IMG/VR virus record: IMGVR_UViG_3300027896_000040
Span: 1 to 61,717 of that record
DNA: 61,717 nt
Source: a virus
Taxonomy: Duplodnaviria; Caudoviricetes
Direction: 5' to 3' (one strand)
In this document: positions 39,780 through 46,807 of the stretch, in pieces
Numbering within the stretch: position 1 is the first letter of the stretch
Layout: each line of letters opens with the position of its first letter
Made by a program: the position numbers and the translations under genes
The notes under the pieces: model-generated
Seen by the model: the letters and a program-made list of their open reading frames with translations, nothing else
Told to the model about the DNA's origin: nothing
Databases searched by the model: none

Positions 39780-39828
39780 ATAAGAGTGAAATGGTTGTAC
39801 CAGTTTCCTTATTCATATACCCAAACTT

Positions 39829-39915
39829 AGGAAGAGGTGGGATTCGAACCCACGGCCGGCTCTCACCGACATTCGATTTCAAGTCGAGTGCCTTTAACCA
39901 CTCAGCCACTCTTCC
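39829..39915 (-). tRNA. tRNA-Ser(TGA)
   Basis: Loop CTTGAAA, long variable arm. Confidence 0.9.
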
Positions 39916-39922
39916 AAAAAAT

Positions 39923-40016
39923 TGGTAGTCCTGCTCGGAATTGAACCGAGGCTCGGCGCCAATCTAGCGCACACAGTTTATAAGACTGTCGGTGCTTCCA
40001 ATTACACTACAGGACT
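39923..40016 (-). tRNA. tRNA-Ile(TAT) with long variable arm
   Basis: ACAGT-CTTATAA-ACTGT. Confidence 0.8.
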
Positions 40017-40022
40017 AAAAAA

Positions 40023-40096
40023 TGGTTGCCCCCGATCGATTCGAACGATCACAAAGCGGGTCAAAGCCGCGTATCCTACCTTTAGATGAGGGGGCA
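40023..40096 (-). tRNA. tRNA-Gln(TTG)
   Basis: Loop CTTTGAC. Confidence 0.9.
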
Positions 40097-40102
40097 ATAA
40101 AA

Positions 40103-40177
40103 TGGTCGGCGCGGCAAGATTCGAACTTGCGACCATTCCGTCCCAAACGGAACATTCTACCGCTGAACTACGCGCCG
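40103..40177 (-). tRNA. tRNA-Pro(TGG)
   Basis: Loop TTTGGGA. Confidence 0.9.
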
Positions 40178-40239
40178 GTTTTAATAATAAAATTATTAAT
40201 ATATTAGTTGATCTTATCAACTACCAAATGCTTAAATTT

Positions 40240-40478
40240 ACTGTGCCAATACTGGTGATGTGTGGGGTACGTACTGGTAGCTGCTGCAGCATCGCCAGCC
40301 TCTCGTGGTCGAGCAGCCCGCTCACATTTTCCTCTCTTTTTAGTAGGCCAAAAGCAAGGAACCGACTACGGTTACCCCGCCGCGCGTAATTGATGTCGCT
40401 CGATTCTGTTTCCGCAGAAGTCATCACCGCCGATGTTACTTGGTCCGGCTGCGTCGTATTTCAACGATATCGAGCGAT
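40240..40478 (-). ncRNA. Unassigned highly structured RNA with two candidate pseudoknots
   Basis: GC-rich island with at least 8 complementary segments between tmRNA and tRNA-Pro. Confidence 0.7.
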
Positions 40479-40482
40479 AAAT

Positions 40483-40871
40483 TGGTGGAGCTGCCGGGAT
40501 TTGAACCCGGGTGTTCCGTAACTTTCCGATCAGTTTCTACAAGCTTAGTAGTAATAATAAGACCATACCTTAACTACAAGATATTGGAATTTTCAGAATA
40601 CGTGTAACGTTATTTTACCTACTCTGATAATCTCAAACAACGTTCTCACTGTTTAACAGCTACACAATATAGTGAGAATCTATTGTATAACTGATCGCAG
40701 ATTAAGCTGCGAGTGGAGTAACTTCTGGAACAAAAGCTTCGGAAAGCTTTGCGAAGTAACCCTTTACTTTGCTTGTTAATTTAGCATTTATGTTTTTGCT
40801 AGTTTTGAAAGGTCTAACAACCTTGCTTGCTTCTAATAAGTCTGGTACAGAATAGAATCCATAACAGCCCC
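40483..40871 (-). ncRNA. ssrA: tmRNA
   Basis: GGGGCTG/CAGCTCC-ACCA acceptor with G3-U70, T-arm, tag ORF (A)AKLTSKVKGYFAKLSEAFVPEVTPLAA*. Confidence 0.92.
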
Positions 40872-40905
40872 AAAAAATGTGTCAAATAACTAAAAATGTA
40901 TTATA

Positions 40906-41331
40906 TTAATGTTCCAATTGTTTTAAAATTCTATCAAAATCTAAAAAATCTTCATAATAGTTTATACCTTTTGTTTGCCCATTTTTGTCTTGTTAATTCT
41001 AAAAACAAAACCATTTTTTCCCTTTAAATCATCCCAACCTACGTATATGACTTTATCATTTGGTAACAAACAAGCAAACACATCCACGTCTTTTTTTGTA
41101 TATGTAAATTCATAATTTGGACCAGATTTATGTATTGAAAAAGGAATCAAATTATTACTGTTAATAGATGCTAAATTTTTTACTTGTATTTTAATACATT
41201 TATAATCAACAATTGTTATTATATCCACTTTACAAAGATCTCCCAATTCTTTAAATATTGGTAAACCTTTTTTTGTTAACCCCAACGCTACCGCTATCTC
41301 TCCAATATTTCCTTTTTTGTTTACTGTGCAT
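40906..41331 (-). pseudogene. Frameshifted PD-(D/E)XK homing endonuclease (I-Ssp6803I-like family)
   Basis: MHSKQKGNIGE...VDII...IQVK; +1 at A-run 41313-18 and -1 at A-run 40982-86. Confidence 0.7.
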
Positions 41332-41343
41332 TAATAATTATTG

Positions 41344-41376
41344 TTTAATCAGCTATATACAAGGTAGCTGATTAAA
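41344..41376. terminator. 12-bp hairpin (terminator/processing site)
   Basis: TTTAATCAGCTA/TAGCTGATTAAA. Confidence 0.55.
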
Positions 41377-41381
41377 GAAAT

Positions 41382-41647
41382 TGGTGGGGGCATAGGGACT
41401 TGAACCCTAAACCTACTGCTTAACATACCACTATAGCTTTCGCTACATAGCTTTCGCTACTGCGTGGTCTGGACTATGCCTTCACCATTTGACAGGTGGG
41501 TGATTATAGTCTCTACACCTTCCCTTTCGGGCTTGGCTCGGCGTTGGGAGGTTAAACCGTTCACCGAATTTACACCATTCACGTATAATCTTTCGATTAT
41601 AGTGCTCCTATTAAAGGCAGCTGCTCTAACCATTGAGCTATACCCCC
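41382..41647 (-). tRNA. tRNA-Lys(TTT), split by group I intron (exons 41614-41647, 41382-41423)
   Basis: Spliced loop CTT|TTAA in stem GCTGC/GCAGT; GGGGGTA/TGCCCCC acceptor. Confidence 0.85.
41424..41613 (-). mobile_element. ORF-less group I intron (IC3-like, ~190 nt)
   Basis: AAATTCGGTGAA (P), CGCCGAGCCAAG (Q), GTAGAGACTATA (R), GGCATAGTCC (S), terminal G. Confidence 0.85.
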
Positions 41648-41785
41648 ATAAAATAATGGCACCTCTAATCTGGTGCCCAGAGAATTGAAACCTTCGTGCA
41701 CGGCAATATCTAGAAGAGCAGTACACTACATGTCACTCTGTCGCGAAATTGTTAAAAGAACATAACAATTATATCTATGTTCCTA

Positions 41786-42643
41786 TTATCTCAATTCATC
41801 CAAATCTAAAACAGATAACAAAATACCAATATTTTTTAAAACCGTACCGTTCTTTTTATACCATTCATAGCCATTGTTAGCTATGGTTTGTAGTAAGTCA
41901 TTTCTATTGATAATCATGTCATACGTTTCAATCATATTACCCATCATTAGTTTAAAATCACTATGTCTTTCAAATGGAATATAATGCACCCAAGGTAACA
42001 AAGGATTGTGGAATACACAATTGACTATTCTTGGTCTAAGCATCGGTACACCTATACCTAAATATTCAATATCCCTTGTATTGATTTCAGCTGCACCATC
42101 TAAGTTTAATGCAACCTTACACTTAGCTGTTCTAATAAGATAATCTTTAAAATTTGAATCAACATATGGCTTAACTAAAAACTTATCTGATTGTTGCTGT
42201 GAAAGATATTCTCTAAACAAATAAAGTAATCCAGTAAAGAGCATCTGATTTTCTGTTCTTTCAATTTTCATACTCTTTACCTCATCAACATCTCTTTCAT
42301 GCCATATGCAATTGTTAATCCAATATGAAACACCTGTGATAGGAGCACTTGTATGCTTTCTTACCGTAAGTGCATTAGCACAACCATAAAATCTAACTAA
42401 GTTACTATCAAAAATAAAATCGTATGGTCTATCAGGATAGTCAAGATACGAAATCACAATGTGTTTATTAGTTTGTGTATTTCTGATAGCCATCTGACCT
42501 AATGTATTATTCTCTGTAAGCTTTACATTATCTTCACCATACTTTAAGATAAGCTGGTTAATAACCGCATTAAAAATTAATGCTATTGGCCATGACGTAT
42601 CAGTCTTTATTCTACTATGGTAAGCAATTACTTCTAGTTGCAT
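41786..42643 (-). CDS. Glycosyltransferase-like protein
   Basis: KVALNLDG..EINTRDIEY..IGVP, PWVHYIP, TIANNGYEWY. Confidence 0.7.
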   Translation of the reverse strand: MQLEVIAYHSRIKTDTSWPIALIFNAVINQLILKYGEDNVKLTENNTLGQMAIRNTQTNKHIVISYLDYPDRPYDFIFDSNLVRFYGCANALTVRKHTSAPITGVSYWINNCIWHERDVDEVKSMKIERTENQMLFTGLLYLFREYLSQQQSDKFLVKPYVDSNFKDYLIRTAKCKVALNLDGAAEINTRDIEYLGIGVPMLRPRIVNCVFHNPLLPWVHYIPFERHSDFKLMMGNMIETYDMIINRNDLLQTIANNGYEWYKKNGTVLKNIGILLSVLDLDELR

Positions 42644-42655
42644 ATTAATATATAG

Positions 42656-42731
42656 TGGTGGAGATACGGGAACTCGAATCCCGACTTGTTGAATGCAAAT
42701 CAACTGTGCTGCCAATTATCACTATATCCCC
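42656..42731 (-). tRNA. tRNA-Ala(TGC)
   Basis: Loop TTTGCAT, G3-U70. Confidence 0.9.
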
Positions 42732-42838
42732 AGTTTTGAAATTATTTCTGTCAAATAACCATATAACAATTGTTATTTGTTTTCCCATACATTATACTTA
42801 TGTTGGACTACCTTTAAATTAAATTATTGTTGTGCAAA

Positions 42839-42913
42839 TGGTACCCCCACCGGGATTCGAACCCGGATAAACTGCTTGAGAAGCAGACGAACTAACCGCT
42901 ATTCGATAGGGGC
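42839..42913 (-). tRNA. tRNA-Glu(CTC)
   Basis: Loop TTCTCAA. Confidence 0.9.
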
Positions 42914-42919
42914 ATAAAA

Positions 42920-42995
42920 TGGTAGCGACGACGGGATTCGAACCCGTACAAACCGCTGTGAAAGAGCGGTGACCTAGCCATTAGTCCACGTCGCC
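42920..42995 (-). tRNA. tRNA-Glu(TTC)
   Basis: Loop CTTTCAC. Confidence 0.9.
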
Positions 42996-43182
42996 ATGTT
43001 ATCATATAATTCATAATATACTCGCCTAGTCGAGTAAAATTGATCATTTTAGGTTGGGGAGACTCCTGACTACTCCCAGCATTTGTACACATTCAGTTAT
43101 TCAGTCAGTTGAAACTGTCGTCTCTAATGCGCCGTCATATCAGATGTATTTTATCTACATAGGTGTTTAAAGAACGAAAGAA

Positions 43183-43670
43183 TTATATACTAGTTCCATT
43201 GGCTGTAAGTTTTTTCAAAAATCGTTTAAGAGCAACAACTGCTCTTTTTTTGTACAAAAATCCTTTTAATTCTGAGTCCGGATAATCTTTACCAAAGTCT
43301 TCAACTGTATTTACATGTACACTAAAATCTACCTTATTATTTCTTATCATTTTTGCAAGTTCAACTCCGGTACCTCCTAGAACTTAAAATTTTTCAGCTA
43401 TTTGATTTAAAATCTTTGGATCGTTTACTGTATAAAAGATTTTATCACCATCTGATGCAGGATCGAGACCGACCGTTGTTATCTTTAATACTGGAGTACC
43501 ATTTTTGTATATAAAAGATATAACATCTGTTGGAAGCTGATATTCACTAGATACTAACATTAAGTCATTTTGATAATCTAAAAAATCAAAACAACTATCT
43601 TCATCTAACTGTTGGTGATCAACAATAAAATGCGGTAGTTACTCTCAAAGAAGAATGTTTTAAACGACAT
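43183..43670 (-). pseudogene. Disrupted late gene (MSFKTFFFES...)
   Basis: 1-nt frameshift near 43640 and in-frame TAA at 43384-86. Confidence 0.6.
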
Positions 43671-43687
43671 GTAACTATTTATTAAAA

Positions 43688-43764
43688 TGGTGCTGAGGGT
43701 CCGACTTGAACGGACGACAACCGGTGTGTAGGACCGATGCTCTAACCAACTGAGCTACCCCAGC
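43688..43764 (-). tRNA. tRNA-Val(TAC)
   Basis: Loop CCTACAC (C33). Confidence 0.88.
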
Positions 43765-43770
43765 ATAAAA

Positions 43771-43846
43771 TGGTAGGAGAGATGGGATTTGAACCCATAT
43801 ATAGCACCTTATGACGGTGATGCCTTATCTGTCGAGCCACTCTCCT
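43771..43846 (-). tRNA. tRNA-Met/Ile2(CAT)
   Basis: Loop GTCATAA; paired 1-72, so not initiator. Confidence 0.8.
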
Positions 43847-43849
43847 GTA

Positions 43850-43885
43850 AAATAAAGAGCTCCGTTAAATTGCTTTAACGGAGCG
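43850..43885 (-). terminator. Intrinsic terminator inside tRNA array
   Basis: GCTCCGTTAAA/TTTAACGGAGC plus U-rich tail. Confidence 0.7.
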
Positions 43886-43896
43886 TTGTTTTCTTT

Positions 43897-44082
43897 TTAT
43901 AAGCTACGGAATATGATGCCGTTATATGCTGGGTCTTTCACACTCATAATCTTTTGATAATATGAAGTGTTATTACCCTTGTAATCATTTATAGCGAGTA
44001 CAATAATTCCGGCAACAGCTCCGTATGCTATAGCTAATACTATAATCATACGTTTTTGTGTCTTTCTTGTTAGAACCGCCAC
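43897..44082 (-). CDS. Small membrane protein
   Basis: One TM segment. Confidence 0.5.
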   Translation of the reverse strand: MAVLTRKTQKRMIIVLAIAYGAVAGIIVLAINDYKGNNTSYYQKIMSVKDPAYNGIIFRSL

Positions 44083-44194
44083 CTGAAGGCTTTGGTTGTT
44101 GAAAATTATTTATTATAGATACTAGTAAAACCTAATTGGAATACCATAGAAGTTAACTATGGTATCTATAACTAGAATTAACTATAAAGGAAAA

Positions 44195-44269
44195 TGGCTG
44201 CTCGGGTTCGGATCGAACGAACGACTCTTCGCTTAACAGGCGAGCACTCTGCCCCTGAGTTACCGAGCA
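44195..44269 (-). tRNA. tRNA-Asn(GTT)
   Basis: Loop CTGTTAA. Confidence 0.9.
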
Positions 44270-44278
44270 ATAAAAAAA

Positions 44279-44352
44279 CGGGATGCACGAGGGTTGAACT
44301 CGTGACCTTTTGATTGACAATCAAACGCTCTGACCAGCTGAGCTAGCACCCC
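44279..44352 (-). tRNA. tRNA-Asp(GTC)
   Basis: Loop TTGTCAA; no encoded CCA. Confidence 0.9.
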
Positions 44353-44361
44353 ATATTAAAT

Positions 44362-44478
44362 TGGCAGGAGCGGTAAGACTTTAACTTACGACTGATCTAA
44401 AGTACGCTTTAGACCCGGCTCAACTTCAAACCTAAGCTTCTCGCTCGTCAGCTTATCGCCTTTGGCACCAGCGCTCCT
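44362..44478 (-). ncRNA. 117-nt atypical tRNA-like RNA
   Basis: Perfect acceptor AGGAGCG/CGCTCCT-GCCA and T-arm; two hairpins in D region; 8-nt anticodon loop; long variable arm. Confidence 0.75.
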
Positions 44479-44492
44479 ATGTTTAATAAAAT

Positions 44493-44566
44493 TGGCACGG
44501 ATACAAGGAGTTAAACCCTGACAGAATCTTTTGGAGAGATTCGTGCTATCATTACACTATATCCGT
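44493..44566 (-). tRNA. tRNA-Trp(CCA)
   Basis: Loop CTCCAAA. Confidence 0.88.
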
Positions 44567-44579
44567 AAATTCCTTGAAA

Positions 44580-44672
44580 TGGTGGGCAAGGAGGGAATCG
44601 AACCCCCAATGTTACTCGAAAGAGAACGGATTTACAGTCCGTTGCTACACAACCAATAGTAGCCTCTTACCC
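44580..44672 (-). tRNA. tRNA-Tyr(GTA)
   Basis: ACGGA-CTGTAAA-TCCGT; 5' end overlaps HNH stop codon. Confidence 0.88.
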
Positions 44673-45404
44673 TTTATAGCATTTTCTAGGTATAGGGGTA
44701 TATTCAGGTATAAATTTTTTCCATAATTTACACAAACTCGTTAAAGAGTAATTATATTCTTTTTGTGTGTGTAAGAAATCTCTGACTGACCTACAACCGC
44801 TACTTAAAAAATTATTATATAGTTTTCTTGCAAAAACTTGTTTATTATGCTGCCTTTCTAGTTGTCTTTTTTTGTTTAAAACGTCTTTTTCCTGTTTGAT
44901 TTTCTTACGCGTAGCTTTTTTAACTTGTTTTTGGTAATTTAGTTCCTGTCTTTTATTAAAACTATCAAAATTAATAACTCTACCTTTACGCCAACCTTCA
45001 GGTATAATGTCGGTTTTGTTAATGCGTTTAGACTGTCTTAAGACAGGGTTATGTATCCATTTCATATTAAAACATTGATTGTTACTGCCTTTATTTGCTA
45101 TTGAATTATGTTTACCTATTGCTAGAGCATGTTTACGTTTTAGCCAACCATAAAGTTTATTATTAAATCTTCCACAGCACATTTTATGAGCAGCAAACAC
45201 TAACAAGGAGTTATTAGGGTATATCTTTACAAGCAATTGATGTGCAACATAATGCTCTTCCGGAGTCAAAGCAACTAGATTATTGGGATCATCAGACCCA
45301 CCCATACATTTGGGTATAACGTGATGCTTTTCAGTGTAACCTTCTAAAGAAGTTCTACTCTTAGCTTTTTCAATTAATCTTTCATATATTAAACTGTAGT
45401 TCAC
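44667..45404 (-). CDS. Free-standing HNH homing endonuclease (MobE-like)
   Basis: EKHHVIPKCMGGSDDPNNLVALTPEEHYVAHQLL; GWRKGR DNA-binding motif. Confidence 0.88.
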   Translation of the reverse strand: MNYSLIYERLIEKAKSRTSLEGYTEKHHVIPKCMGGSDDPNNLVALTPEEHYVAHQLLVKIYPNNSLLVFAAHKMCCGRFNNKLYGWLKRKHALAIGKHNSIANKGSNNQCFNMKWIHNPVLRQSKRINKTDIIPEGWRKGRVINFDSFNKRQELNYQKQVKKATRKKIKQEKDVLNKKRQLERQHNKQVFARKLYNNFLSSGCRSVRDFLHTQKEYNYSLTSLCKLWKKFIPEYTPIPRKCYKG

Positions 45405-45457
45405 TCTGTTAATATTTATGCTAGAACAGGTCAACCTCATGACTTTTAATTAAAAAA

Positions 45458-45496
45458 GTTTACAGTCTTCTGCAGTTGCCGCTGTGCCATACTCCC
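45458..45496 (-). pseudogene. 5' half of tRNA-Tyr(GTA), truncated after anticodon loop
   Basis: GGGAGTATGGCACAGCGGCAACTGCAGAAGA-CTGTAAA then unrelated sequence. Confidence 0.75.
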
Positions 45497-45672
45497 AAGA
45501 AAAGGGAGAGAGTGTTTGGTTATGAGACTTATTCCGTAGTGCGTAGATCCTACCGCGTACATCCCGGTAGCAGTACCCTTAACTCTCTATAAAATTTTTG
45601 CAGTGTCAGCAGAAATTATCACCCGACGTTTCATTACCCGAGGGTTATCTGGTTACTGGCGGGTCTGCAAAG

Positions 45673-45761
45673 TGGAGGCTCCTCCCGGACTCGAACCGAG
45701 AAACGACTTTCGTCTATGCTTCTTTACAAAAGAAGTCCTGTACCAATTGAGGCAAGGAGCC
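45673..45761 (-). tRNA. tRNA-Thr(TGT) with long variable arm
   Basis: CTTCT-TTTGTAA-AGAAG; V-arm GAC-GAAA-GTC. Confidence 0.85.
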
Positions 45762-45931
45762 AAAACTAATAAAAAAATTGGCCCGGCAGTTATTTAAAGA
45801 CGTCCGGGGCTCGTCTATATATTATTGAAACAAAGAACTTATTAATCTTGCCCCTCTCAGCTTTTGATTTACTGGTTTGGACACCCATTGTCGGTCGTTT
45901 GGGCTAGTTATGGCACTAGCCTGGCATTAAT

Positions 45932-45991
45932 AAAAAAACCCTAAGCTTTTTAGGTCTTAGGGTTTTAAATGTATAAAAAGATTTAAACCCT
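45932..45991 (-). promoter_or_regulatory. Attenuator: overlapping antiterminator and intrinsic terminator
   Basis: AGGGTTTAAAT/ATTTAAAACCCT competes with AAAACCCTAAG/CTTAGGGTTTT + U7. Confidence 0.8.
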
Positions 45992-46069
45992 TCAACACGA
46001 ATCGCGTGGTCCTACATAACCTGTATTAGGTAATGTAAACCATTTAATTGCCTGTTGTGTTTCTATCAT
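45992..46069 (-). CDS. Leader peptide MIETQQAIKWFTLPNTGYVGPRDSC (25 aa)
   Basis: Between promoter 46088-46103 and attenuator; stop abuts antiterminator strand. Confidence 0.75.
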   Translation of the reverse strand: MIETQQAIKWFTLPNTGYVGPRDSC

Positions 46070-46087
46070 TGTTATTAATATTTATAT

Positions 46088-46103
46088 ATTATAAACCTGT
46101 TCC
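46088..46103 (-). promoter_or_regulatory. GGAAC-N5-TATAAT promoter (with TATAAATA immediately downstream) heading the tRNA array
   Basis: Instance of a motif seen more than 20 times in the window. Confidence 0.75.
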
Positions 46104-46105
46104 AA

Positions 46106-46750
46106 TTAATCAATATGTAAATAAGGTTTCCATTCATCTCTTATGGTGAAGTTTTCTGGGATAATGGAAGCGTACATACTGCTAATTTTTGGATTAACTT
46201 CTTTACCATCGACATCAAAGTAAGGGTATTTGTTATCCTTGGCACTATTGCAAGAACGGCAAGCAAGTACGAGGTTAAAGTCATGATTAGTACCACCTAA
46301 AGATCTCGGATAAAGATGGTCTTTAGTTGCTTCTGACATAGAAACCTTTTCATAGCAGTACTGGCAAATACCTTTATAAACAGAGTAAAGATATTTGAGT
46401 GAAACATATTCACCTGTTTTACGTCTGTAACCGAAATGGTAATTACACAATAGTATGGTTGGTACTGCCCATTGCTTTTCAGTACCGATTACTGGGTCTG
46501 GAGCACTACGAAGACAAGGTTGGTCCTCGAAAAGAGATACTTCATTATTGTACCAACGTAAAGTGCTTGGTGTGTTTCCAAGTTGAATATCAGTACCAGA
46601 CCACGATACAATGTTACCCATTGCATCGATACCTTTAACTCTATCAGTCATAAGGTGTCTAATAGCAGCTCTAGCTGTAACTAAAGCAATAGCTTGGTGG
46701 TTGCGGTTGAGTAAAAGAGAAGTTTTTTCTTGTGGTTGTACTGCTTTCAT
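46106..46750 (-). CDS. HNH endonuclease (McrA-type)
   Basis: CQYC...TKDHLYPRSLGG....NLVLACRSCNSAKDN. Confidence 0.88.
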   Translation of the reverse strand: MKAVQPQEKTSLLLNRNHQAIALVTARAAIRHLMTDRVKGIDAMGNIVSWSGTDIQLGNTPSTLRWYNNEVSLFEDQPCLRSAPDPVIGTEKQWAVPTILLCNYHFGYRRKTGEYVSLKYLYSVYKGICQYCYEKVSMSEATKDHLYPRSLGGTNHDFNLVLACRSCNSAKDNKYPYFDVDGKEVNPKISSMYASIIPENFTIRDEWKPYLHID

Positions 46751-46782
46751 AAAAAAAGCCTAGAAAATTAATTCTAGGCTTT
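46751..46782 (-). terminator. Intrinsic terminator
   Basis: AAAGCCTAGAA/TTCTAGGCTTT plus U-tract. Confidence 0.8.
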
Positions 46783-46807
46783 TGAATTAGAATTAATAAT
46801 TTATATT

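Noticed and set aside
40240-40478. RNase P RNA or group II intron
   Set aside because: No GAGGAAAGUCC/P4 pairing in the correct order and no domain V.
43108-43160. Hammerhead ribozyme (CTGATATGA after a hairpin)
   Set aside because: The core deviates from CUGAnGA and no correctly placed GAAA/UH was found.
37748-45797. ORFs at 37748-38002, 39296-39511, 40002-40427, 41457-41726, 42892-43092, 45603-45797 and 5' extensions of 38494, 38844, 41786
   Set aside because: They overlap tRNAs, the intron or structured RNAs.
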